Assembly: GCA_032718475.1 (NCBI GenBank)
Contig: JAUCBJ010008798.1
Coordinates: 1-64,000, forward strand
Direction of reading: 5' to 3'
Source: Nemertoderma westbladi
Lineage: Eukaryota; Animalia; Xenacoelomorpha
Length of the DNA stretch: 64,000 nucleotides
The notes beneath the pieces were generated by a model. It had not been told where the DNA came from. It saw only the letters and a list, made by a program, of their open reading frames with translations, and did no database searches. The position numbers and the translations under genes are program-made. Shown here piece by piece: positions 13,504 to 24,900 of the stretch. Positions within the stretch are counted from its first letter, which is position 1. Every line of letters begins with the position of its first letter.

Positions 13504-13778
13504 TCAGTTCAAGGACATGTTTGCCTCAGTTGTTCTATATAAGATTTATATCCCCAACCACTAAGGGAGGTGAACAACTAGATTTATGACACACAATGGT
13601 ACCAGTTGTTCACAGACTATCCGCGTATCCTTTTAGTCCTTGAATCACGGTCGTGGACTTAAGGAAATCCTTGGTGGTTGATTATCTATTCAACAACGAG
13701 AGGGTGGAAGTTGATATCATAAATATCAACAGAATGGTACATGGACAGGAGGTGCGGACACCAATATAAGCATCCAAA

Positions 13779-14018
13779 TCAATAGTAAGGGGTGGGGAGG
13801 TTTATTAGGAGGTGGTATGATCCATACCACGATACGGCAATGATTGGTCGATCGTCTCCCAAAGCTCCGAGCACATTGGGAAGAGAAGGTGGGACGATGG
13901 GTGTTGTGTCGTTAATAGCGATGTATAGAGGGATAATGGTAGTAAGGAGGAGGAAGGATATATGGTAGTATCCATAAGATACCACAATGGACATGTTTTC
14001 CGTCACGTCATCATTCAT
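13779..14018 (-). CDS. Small hydrophobic ORF inside the BEL 3' region
   Basis: ATG start, 79 aa, hydrophobic stretch ISFLLLTTIIPLYIAI followed by a Pro-rich segment. Could be chance. Confidence 0.25.
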   Translation of the reverse strand: MNDDVTENMSIVVSYGYYHISFLLLTTIIPLYIAINDTTPIVPPSLPNVLGALGDDRPIIAVSWYGSYHLLINLPTPYY

Positions 14019-14220
14019 TCTTGTCTTTTAATTGTGACACTGATCACAATAATTACAGGAAAATGATGAAGGAAGAGAAAATTACAGCCTCCCGAAGGAG
14101 ACCGCCCGCGAGCACCCGTGCCCCGGGGAAAACTATTCACATTATGGACCCTGGACATTAACCCATGTCTCTTCTCCAGTGGTTCTCCTCTATTTGTCTT
14201 TACAAGCCTTCTTCCACGTT

Positions 14221-14598
14221 CTATCTTTCGAGTTGATTTCGAATAGAATTCTCGTGTTCTATTCTCGGTTTATCATACCGACTCCGCTGGGTATGATATT
14301 TAAATAAAAACATTTCCCTTTCGGTGTCTACATCGTCCGTATCATGTAAATCGATAGGATGACCAGTAGTTAAGAAGTCTATATACGTACCATTACGATG
14401 CGTATAGCGAGCGGTGAATTTTCTATAGTCCAATTCACGCGTAAGTTGCTCCTGGGACATTGGCGGTTCGATATAACGACCATCGTCCTCCGTAGTAATT
14501 GGACCAGCGTCGCCGCGTATCAAGCTATCGACAAACGCTTGTAAAGGTAGAGTATATCGCTCCCTGATACCAAGATCATCTTCTATCAACTCAGTCAT
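14221..14598 (-). CDS. Acidic 125-aa accessory ORF of unknown function
   Basis: ATG start preceded by a possible acceptor (tcatatagcag). Protein-like composition. Same strand as gag-pol. Confidence 0.45.
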   Translation of the reverse strand: MTELIEDDLGIRERYTLPLQAFVDSLIRGDAGPITTEDDGRYIEPPMSQEQLTRELDYRKFTARYTHRNGTYIDFLTTGHPIDLHDTDDVDTEREMFLFKYHTQRSRYDKPRIEHENSIRNQLER

Positions 14599-15395
14599 AT
14601 CTGCTATATGAGTTTATCAATATTATAATGAGTTTATATTTAGGCTAGCGGGCATCGCTGCCTACCCCTCTCTGCCCCCGGACAGTGCAAGATACTCAGC
14701 GCCGATGTACCGCCGTCGCTGTGCTTTCGCCAACGATGTAGCTACACAACGACAACGATAACCGGCACAAGTCACTCCACTGTCCGTCCCAAAGGCTTAG
14801 ATGTACTTCAGGTTCTTTCGGCAGAGTTAGGGCTACTTTCACAATTGCGACTCGCTACTGTAAACACACTTTAGCAGTAATATTCACCTATAAAAGCACA
14901 AATTCCACACAACTGTCACAAATTGTACACATTCGTGCCTTCCAGAATGTCACTTTATTATTATGTATCCTTGGATACTAGCAGTGCGCTATTTATTCCC
15001 TATGCTATTCAATGGGGCAAGCTTTCTATTGTTCTTTTAACTCACTTCTAATTCTAGCGTGGTTGTTGCCATGGTGACATTATGGAAAGCTAGCGGTAGA
15101 ATTAAGGTAATTCTCATGCATACAGATCTGGGATGCTATTTAATAGTAATTCTTTAATTGTCAATATCCTCTTTATACATGATTTTATGAATTTTATCGG
15201 CTATTGACTATATATTGGAGATTCTCGCACACTAATACACTTAATAGGGTGAATCTCCGCTCCCATGATCTATTAATTAATGGAATTTTGGGAATGTTAT
15301 AAATTGTATAAAAATGACAATTTATCAAATTCATTAAAAAAGGATTTTAATTTTTTTCTCGTAAATTTTATTATTTAATATTAAATAGACACAAT

Positions 15396-15660
15396 TTTAT
15401 TCCAGAACATGTCTGGGGACTAGGATCCTTGATTCTAGGAAATTGGTCTTTTTAAGAATATCGGTAAGTGCTACGATATCTTAATCGACTAGAATTTTAA
15501 AGGATCTGAATTTTGACAAATTTGGTAAATATTAATAATTAATATTTAGGATGGGCACCGGTTTATTCCAGAACATGTCTGGGGACGTTAACCACTGATT
15601 CTAGAATTTTGTCTTTCAAGTATATCGGTGGGTACCACGATATCTTAATCGACTAGAATT
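15396..15660. repeat. ~100-bp direct repeat pair (period 166) in the BEL post-pol non-coding region
   Basis: tttattccagaacatgtctggggac...cgatatcttaatcgactagaatt at 15396-15496 and 15562-15660. Confidence 0.85.
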
Positions 15661-16209
15661 ACAGATGGTCAAAGGGTTTAACAGATTTATTTTGCGTTGT
15701 ACGCTACTGTTAAAGTGACATCACGCTACTATAGGTATTATTTAATATACGGTATGAGAGCAATATCGCACGAAGCAATGTCAGTGAGAAGAGGCAAGTC
15801 GTTTCCAAGGTCTACCCAGAGCTTGGTTTAGCCGAGACACGAGGGTCTGAATTTTGCATTCCTAATACTCTACTTACCAATAATACTTGAATATAGTAGG
15901 AGCTTTATTGTACTTTAATAAGTACGGATATTTCATCTTACTGTATTTATGTATTTGTAATGTAATACGGACAGTAAGGAAAGAGAAAAAGAATTATTTC
16001 TCGCCGTCGCACTAAATATATAATATATAAGTAATTAAGTAATAAACGCGAATATATATTGCACTAATCTACTAAATAATCGCTAAAATAACATTCTACT
16101 AAATAAAATTAAAGAAAACGATTATAATAAAATTACATAATAATATATACATAAATATAAAATGATAAGAATATAAAATAATATGGTCACACACCCACTC
16201 CAGACGCTG

Positions 16210-17934
16210 CTAAGCTGGGGAGTCCCTAGATGTTCGTTGGATTAGGGAGGTGGTCGTGGGAAGAGTATCTTGTCTTCCATAGTTTCCGGAGAGTTCTCTG
16301 TCTCTTTCCAGTAAACATAAACGACCAACTGGGCGATTGAGCTGCTGTGTCTCGAAGACAATTCCCGGTTTCTTGAAGTTACGTCGCATGACGACGAGTT
16401 CTACCGATCGCACCAAACCGTCATCCGAGATGTGAGTCTCGATGATACGACCTGTCTGCCACCGCTTACGTGGAAGATCTGAATCCACAATAAGGACCAT
16501 GTCTCCAGCGCTGACGTTTTCTTGCTGCGCAAACCACTTAGTTCAAAGTTGTAGCGTGGGCAGATAATGTTTTTCGAAATGGTCAGTGAAACGACGGGAT
16601 AACAACTGCATAAGTTGCCAAGTTTGCCAGCAGTATTCGTCTCCGTCTGTGATTTCCGATTGCGGGAGCATGGCTACAGGTTTCTTCAGTAGGAAATGCG
16701 CGGGTGTTAGCGCTTCCAGGGAATCGGGACTCGATGAGACTGGCATAAGCGGTCTCTCGTTGAGATAGGCGGTGATTTCCTCCATTAACGTCCGCAAAAG
16801 TTCGTCGGTGAGATACGCGCGGCACGGCACTATAAAGTGAAATGCGGTCTTCACGCTCCTGATTAATCTCTCCCAACTTCCTCCCCACCAAGGGGCGTCG
16901 GCGGCGTTGAAGGTCCAGCTAGACGCTGTTACCCTTAGCTGATCGTCCACCTGTCTTTGGTTCCAATCTTTGACATAAGCTTTGATTTCATTGTTGGCAC
17001 CAATGAAGTTCGTTCCCTTATCAGATCTCATCGTGTTACTAGTTCCAAAGCGAGCGATCTGTCGTCGTAAGCTTAATAGGAAGCTGTTGGTAGATAAATC
17101 GTTCACCATATCGAGATGGATAGCTCTACAAGTCATACAAACAAAGATGACACACCATCTCTTGACTATAGTCCTAGCACGATATACTTCAATAGGGCCA
17201 AATAAATCTACACCGGTATTAGTAAAGGGTGGTTCATAGAAGCTTACTCGTTCCCTAGGTAATTCTGCCTCTCGCTGTGTTAAAGGCCTACTGAATGCTT
17301 TCCTACAGGGTATGCAGTTCCTAAGAACTTGGTTCAGAGCTCTACGGGGTTTATAAAAATAATAGCAAGTTCGGATTTCGCTAAGAACTCGTTCTCTACC
17401 AGCATGATAAAGTTTGCTGTGAACATCTACAATCATCTTGATTTGTATTTCAAGATTTCTAATGAGTATGGGAAACTTGGTGTCAAAGGATAATGGAGCA
17501 TTAGTTAATCTTCCTCCAACACGTATCAACCCATCTATCATTGTGCTAGAGAAACGATCCCTTAAGCGCATCTGTGGATTTCTCAACAACAGGAAATACT
17601 TATCGGAATCCTCATAGCATTGCAGGAGTCTCAGCATCTGCTTGTTGGTTTCTTCATGCTCCTGATAACTGATCTTCTTCCTCAGAAACCTGTCGGATAT
17701 CTTATATTTGGGAAGATCTTTAACAACATGGACCTGCACAGATGTCAGTGGAGCGGTATCACTATTGGTCTTCGCCCTGGAGTAATGATGATGAAAACAT
17801 CGTTTTAAATATGTAACGGCCTTACAGAGCCGATTCCAGGAACTGTAGTGATATATCGCTCTCTGCAGGAGAGGTGAGAGTCCTTGCGAGACGTCTGGTA
17901 TTCCAGATTTCCAATCCTTCTCTCTGATTTCCAC
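16210..17934 (-). pseudogene. BEL integrase (HHCC zinc finger, DDE core, C-terminal domain) with in-frame stop at 16543
   Basis: GLIRVGGRL, H-SKLY-H...CIPC, TGVDLFGP, RAIHLD, SDKGTNF, APWWGGSWERLIRSVK, LNERPL, LTPAHFL, DGLVRSV, RPVGRLCLLE. Confidence 0.95.
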
Positions 17935-17939
17935 AACAG

Positions 17940-19837
17940 GGCGACCTTGATTCCATCCGAAGTCTCAACTCTCAGGTAGGCTACTATACCTATTCCCATA
18001 TCGCTGGCGTCTCAAAACACGTGGAGTTGATAGGAATACGTAGGGAGAACATGACCAAAATATGAACGGGAAATTATAAAGTTCTCGATGGCTGGTAGAG
18101 AATCTTCCCATTTCATCCACTTCTTTAATAATTCTCCCTTGAGTGGATCGTCCCATGAGTGGTTTTCAAGCCACATTTGTTGTACTAAACTCCGAGCAAT
18201 CAATATAACTGGGCTAATAAATCCCAATGGATCGAAATAAGTGCTCAGGATACTTAAACAAATCCGTTTAGTTCGAACTGGATTATCTCGCTGTTTTAGC
18301 TGGAAAAACAGGATATCTCTCTCTGTGTCCCATTTCAAACCAAGTGTCTTGGTTTCTGGAAGATCATCTTTGATTAGGTCTAGGTCTTTCGCTCCTCGAT
18401 CTTCTACCGGGATCAATTCCAGAAACTCACGGGAGTTGCTGGTGAATTTAGTTAACCGAAATCCACCTCTTTTTAAGCACTCTACCGTTCCTTTGGCGAC
18501 ATCAATGGCTTCTTCGACTGATGGAAGGGACTTTAAATTGTCGTCCATGTATATATCCCGTTTGATGTTGTCGATCACCTCTTTAGAGAAGGCTTCCCGG
18601 TTGTCATCAGCAGTGGTGCGCACCACTGAACAGGCGTTTGAAGGGCTCGAGATTATCCCAAAAGCCTGGATGGTCATCCAATATTCCACCGGTTTCTGGT
18701 TGAGGTCTCCTTCAGGCCACCACAGAAACCGTAGTCTATCTCGATCCCTATCCAGCGCCTTAACTTGTAAGAACATGCCTTCTATATTGGAGGCGAAAGC
18801 GATTGAATATTGTTGTAATCTTAAGAGTATTCCCAACAAGGATTGGAGTAAGTTGGGTCCTGGTAACAACTCGGAATTAAGGGATTGGCCCATGTAAAGG
18901 GTGGAGCCATCAAACACTACTCGTACCTCATTAGGTTTACCGGGTTTGGGAACGTAATGATGTGTTAAATAATACATTCTCTCAGTTATAGGTGTTCCTT
19001 CCGGTACTCACTCCGCATATCCTTTGTTAATAAATTTCTTCAACTGCGTCTGATACATTTTTTAGCTGAAGAATTTGCCTTAAGACGTCGATGTAGTTGA
19101 GCAATTCTTTTCTCCGCCAAGGGTCTGTTGTTTATGAATTTTGGTTCTCGCTTTCGGAAAGGTAGACCGATTTCATATCTACCTTGATCTTTAAGAAAAC
19201 GTGTAGTTGTCTCTTGGATCTGCTTGGCTCTTTCTTCTTCTACCGATAGGGCCTTATCGTATGAATTGGGTTCTACAGCCTCTTGAGTAAAGAATCGTAC
19301 GGCGTGTTCATCCCGAGTTTTTGCATTATAACGTTCAATGACGTCATTCAGTTCGTCATTATAGTCGACGCGTTCTGATGGACGAATGAGATGACATAGG
19401 TTCACTTGGTTTTGCCAAGTCTCGTTTTCCGTAAGGAGATCAATGGTACTCTCCTCGTCGAAGAGTTGGTGGATATCGTCGTTATCTGAGGAGTATGGTG
19501 TTCCCTCAGTTGGATCGTCTAACTCACTGCTCTCCACTTCCCATTCTCTTACTTGATATACCTGATCTTTCGGTAATCTTTCCATGAGAGTTCTACGGGA
19601 AGGGCCAGTAATGTACCAACCCACTCTAGTTCTTCCCGCATAGGCTTGTAGTGGTTGCGGTTGAGCAGGCCGTTTCTCCAATGTCTCGAGCGCCTCATGC
19701 GCATTTTGACCGATGAGTATTTGCACTCCAGGGTAATCTGTGTTGAATCTAGGTATATTAAGCTGCTGGGTGGAATCGTCCTCATCCCAGTTATAAGGTT
19801 CTACTTGGCTGGTAGCGAAGTTCTTTATCGCCACCAT
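17940..19837 (-). pseudogene. BEL reverse transcriptase and start of RNase H (disrupted)
   Basis: GRYEIGLPF, VRVVFDGS, SLNSELLPGPNL, AFGIISSP, IYMDD, KTLGLKWD, YFDPLGFISP, WDDPL, QLHVF*DAS...AYLR. Confidence 0.95.
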
Positions 19838-19863
19838 TTTTACTGACCTTATACTATGTTCTC

Positions 19864-20739
19864 CTAGTTCGTCCTGGGGGTGGACAACGCACCTACATAA
19901 TAATCAGCTATCACTGTAGATTTCCAAACCTGCATAATTCCTGACATGTTTAACTTAGTTCGGAACTTGGGTTGTCCAGCAAATATGTCTTCGGCTAGTT
20001 CTTTGTCGATGAATGTTCCTGTGCTACCGGAGTCAAGGAGGGCGTTCACTATATAACTCCTTTTAGGTCCGTGGACCCTTAACTGCACTACTGGAAATTC
20101 TCGGATTCCTACATTGGAAGTTGGTGCTTTCCAAGATGGTTGTCGGTCAGAAGTAGTTAGGGTGAGCTCGCTGTCGGTGTCCTTTTCATACGTAAGTGCT
20201 CGATACACTGCGGTGTTTATCATGTAACAGGATTTGTCTTCGTCGGAGAATTCGTCCGTATAGAATCCTTCCATCTCAGAACTTTGGTCAGTGTCGTTCA
20301 CATCACTGAATTGGACATGCAGTTCGGAATCACTTACCTGACTCGGGCTGTTTCGCTCGAATTCAGTGTGCAACAAGATATGATGTTTCGCACCGCACTT
20401 TGCACACCTTACGTCGGAGTAACAGGTTCGCCGTTGGTGTCCTTGTCTGAGGCAATTATAACACAACTGCTTATCCCACATGACTTCCCGTCTATCCTTT
20501 AATGATTTCTTTAGGAATTCATCGCACACATTCAAACGGTGGGGCCCGTCACACAGCGCGCATTTCGGTTTGATGTTACTTACCTTATTTTGAGTAACGT
20601 TGTGCACACTCGTTCTTTTTTCGGGCTTTCTTACCTGAATTCTCTTAGGAGACGTAGGAGGAGTTTTTCTTACCTGTTCTCTCCTGTCATTGGTTCGAGA
20701 CTTGAATTTACTTCGCTTGCGTCCTTCTGGGCTCCTCCC
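19864..20739 (-). pseudogene. BEL Gag nucleocapsid knuckles plus aspartic protease
   Basis: CALCDGPHRLNVC, CYNCLRQGHQRRTC and CAKCGAKHHILLH (BEL triple knuckle), and ALLDSGSTGTFI. Confidence 0.93.
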
Positions 20740-21990
20740 CGAGGCGCACCCACGAGGCGGACGCTTTCCCACCACCCTTGGGGCCAGTTGACCAGACTGG
20801 GCCGTAGGGTAGCCCGATGCTTCCCGGGTTCAATTTTCAATCCCCCAATCACACCGGCACAGCTCGTCGGTGTAGCCAGATGGTCGGCTACTGTCAACTT
20901 ACTGTGGCCTGACTGTACATTGAGCCAACTCAGAGAGTCAACCGGCGGGTGGACCAGTCGATAGCGATCGAGCATCAAGGTCGCCCTTGAGCCAAACCGA
21001 CGGTCTTGTCCCAAGTGGGCTTGCGCTACCCACATGGAATATTGACACGTTTTCACCCGCCTCGCCGGCAGTATTGAGGGGAAGTCGGTTCCACAAACAA
21101 TACTGTCTAGCTTAAAACTAAGAACAAGTCACCACTTACCAGTCACTGTACACGTGTACTCAATAGATGCTCACGAAATCAAGTACACAACGGTAAACAT
21201 AAATCTGACGCATACCATGCACACACAGAGGACGTAATCGGGAAAGACAAATCGGTGACAAATCAGAGGGGACAAAATTGTATCGACTGATAAAAGAGTC
21301 GAGAGTACCTTATTTTGCCGTCAGGGCAAAATAACTTTGTGTGCACAAAGTATGCTGGGGCGCAGTAAAGATATGGTCCTACTAATAACCGGCGGCGACT
21401 GAACCAACCGGCAAGGTTTCCCACACTCACTCGCAGTGGCCATACACACACTCACGTATACCACGTACCCACAGCAACAGAAAGCTTAAGCAAACTGCCA
21501 CTGATCGTCCACACACAAACCACAGATTCCAGAGTATCATTCACTCGGACCACACTACAACACCAACCCCTCCTTGCAGCCGATATTCCGGGTGCCACCT
21601 CCATTCCAATAGTAGTACCAACAGAATCATCAGAAACCTGCCCATTCCGATGCAACACCTCCATTCCAATAGTGCTACCCTGGGAAAAGACACGTTTTGG
21701 CAACCGATCGGAGACAGTAAAGAGTCTGGTCAACTCATACATACCAAACATAGACCTACCACATAAACCACATAGACCACAGATCACACTAAGCCACCAC
21801 CCCTACTGTGTACAGGACTGGCAGTACGGCAACAGGCCGACTAGACGGTACCACGGCACCATGTTGATTCATGGTTCGTAAGACACGAGGGCTTTCAGTA
21901 ACTCCCTTGCACTATACCTAAGATTTAACGTGCCCCCACACCCTCACGAGCCCGCCGCCGCCTGTTAGACGCACCCCTATAGAGACCTCA
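20740..21990. mobile_element. ~1.25-kb GC-richer insert splitting gag (possible solo LTR of another family)
   Basis: Gag homology stops at about 21990 and resumes at about 20739. Ends read CGAGG...CCTCA (imperfect inverted termini). Internal repeat cctccattccaatagt occurs twice. TSD ambiguous. Confidence 0.55.
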
Positions 21991-24900
21991 CCTCTTTAGG
22001 TACGTCCTTAGGCGTTTTGTTGACATAATAAGATCTTTCAGTGTCTTTCCCGCTGTCCTCTCCTTGAGAAGCCTGGCTTTCGCCGTCGTCGGTATAACAC
22101 ACTGGTGTTACTTTTCTCCTAGAAACGGGTTTCTCACTTACCTTGTTTTCCGGTGTCTTCTCTCTGGACTGCTTTAGGAGTTGTAATTTCACTTCTCCAT
22201 CCAAGAATGACATGAGATCAGCCATGGTAGGGTCTCGTCGTTGTTGTTCCATCATATATAACACTTTCTTATCCCAGCGTGTACCTACTCCACCCTTCGG
22301 TAAAGTAGAGGCCACGGCTCCAATAACCATAGAACTCTGATATTCATGAGACTTACCGAGCCAATCTAATTGTCTACAGATCTCCTGAATCTCATCGGAA
22401 AACTCTATAATTCCGCTGCTAATGAATTTTCGGGGCGCTACCAATTTTGCATACAAATACTTAGCTATGTTATTCCTATTACCATACCTGATGTTTAGGG
22501 TATCCCAAACTTGTCTTAATCCATCTGGATGTCCAATAAACTTTAACGCCATTAACTTGGGAGATCCTTCCAAGCACTCGATGAGGAATCTAAGTTTCTC
22601 TCCGTTAGATAGCACAGAGTTCTGTATGTTATCTTTGTAATATTCATTAAAAGGTAACCATTTCATCTCATCTCCATTGAACTTGACGATCTCTCCTACC
22701 TTTACCGCTTGACGGGCTTTGGTTCTAGCCATTTGACGCGTAAAACTTTCTTGGGCCATCGTGTTATTTAATATCGAGTTATCGGTATATAAATTTCTCG
22801 GATTATTATCACGTCTATATGGAATATCATTGTCAACAGGTTTATAATTACCCTTAATAGGGTTTACTATAGGAGTTTCCACTTCCCTAGCAGTATAGAT
22901 GAGTGTAGGCTCCACACCTTGCGCATGAAATACTTCAGACCTAACAGGTTGACACATTGTTACAGGGGGTGGTGGTATACCCTTTTGTGTATTTACCAAT
23001 TTATCGCGTTCTAACGCGATACTTTGCTGCACTTCTTGCAACTCTAACCTACTCTCTCTAATTGTTCCCTTTAACTGCTGCACAGTTCCCTCCATCTCCT
23101 GGACCTGCTGAGAGGAGTGAGAACGGTGTTCCCTCAGCTGCCCGAGCAGGAGACCCATCTCCCGTCGTCCCTCATCTACCCACTCGACCGCCGAAGCAGG
23201 AGGCGCCAACGTTGTAGCGGGCGGACGAGGGACAACGGGCGACAAATCATTAATATTTCGCTCGGAGTCCAGGACATGAACATTTTCTGGGGTGGTTCTG
23301 TGGGACACAGGTAGCTTAGTGCTGTGCAGAGGGAATTTAGAGGTAGGTTCAGGGAGTACAGGTGTCTCTATCACCGAAGGGGTGGCTTCGAGAACAGGCC
23401 TAATTATTTCAGGCTCATATACTATAGTAGGGAGTCTTTCTATTTTAATTATTTGGTCTGTGGGTTCTGTACTACCTAAGTTTGTGTTAGTTAGTTGCCT
23501 TCTAACAGCTGGGGGCAAATCAGGCAATTTCTGACGGTGGGACAGTCTTCTACGCCTACTTAGACGAGATCTATTTCCTCCACCTTCAGGATCGGTGGTA
23601 TCGCCTTCATCAGATGATGTAAATCCCTGCCTTTTGGGAGTAGATCGACTCATCGTCTGCATTTGACTAGCTGTTAACTGTTTATTTATGCAGTCTTGAT
23701 TCTCTTGAATATTTTCCAGCTCTAGTTGGGCGATCTCTTCAGACGCTCTCCATTCTGCTTCTGCTACTGCCTTTCTTTCTGTTTCTGCCGCTTTTCTATC
23801 CGCTTCTGCCGCTGCCACTGCCGCTTTTCTATCCACTTCGGCTGCTTTTCTTTCCGCTTCGGCCTCTGCCGCTGCCGCTGCCGCTGCCGCTGCCGCTGCC
23901 GCTGCCGCTGCCGCTGCCGCTGCCGCTGCCGCTGCCGCTGCCGCTGCCGCTGCCGCTGCCGCTGCCGCTGCCGCTGCCGCTGCCGCTGCCGCTGCCACTG
24001 CCGCTGCCGCTGCCGCCTTTCTTTCCTCTTCTGCCGCTGCCACTGCTGCTGCCACTGCCGCTGTCTTTCTGTCTTCTATACGTTTTTTCTTTACTTGTTC
24101 TTCCTGGACTCTAGCGATGCGGAGGCGTTCATCAAATTTAGCTTGGTTCGCAGCTATCATATCCGCATCGATTGCGTCCAACACAAGCTTGGCTCCTTCA
24201 CTATTAGGGCTAAGTCCATCCAGCCTTCTCCTCAACTCTTCATCACCTACAAAGCGTTGATAGTCTGACAGATAGATGTCAATAGCATCCCTCTTATGCG
24301 GTTTCTCTGCTGTCGCTTCGCTTTCCACTTGGGAAAAGGTAGCGTCTGTTGATTCTCCATGGGTTGAGCGCTCAGCCAGCCGAGCTGTCCACTGGGCCGT
24401 TCCTTGAACCTGGAGACTCACCCGCTGGAACCAAGTCTTTACAGCAACTTGCAACGACGTGTCTTGTCTTCTTTTCGAAGCTTCCTCAAAGGCCGATAGG
24501 ATTAGTCTGATTCTTAGAATTCTTTCTCGAACTTGATAAAGCAGCTCTCCCTGCTCTTGAGGTCCTTGGGGTTGTCGAAACAGTTGTTCCTCTAATCGCT
24601 CCATAGAGCTGAAGAATCCCTGTACGTATCCTGCTGCTGACCTCTTCCACACAGCTGGATCGATGGTTTCTTTTGTTACTCCCATCCTGTGTATGTCTTC
24701 CCAGGCAGCTTCCGATAAGTCAAACGGGAGTCCGGGTCCGGGGAAGTTCCATTGCGACTCGACAATAGACTTCAGTTCTTCCCTTGTGTATCCCGCATAA
24801 CTATCCTTGGTCGATCGCTTACTTCTCGCCCAATCAATCTGGTGTTCCTCCACCGCAATCAATATCCTAGTGAGTACGGCTGCAGGAAGGATGAGAAGGG

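Noticed and set aside
11766-14598. env gene
   Set aside because: No signal peptide, ectodomain or C-terminal TM anchor in the long ORF.
18241-18897. 218-aa plus-strand ORF and other antisense ORFs over pol and gag
   Set aside because: Shadow frames of the BEL coding strand.
23726-24268. Cys-Arg repeat ORF on the plus strand
   Set aside because: Antisense reading of the poly-Ala microsatellite.
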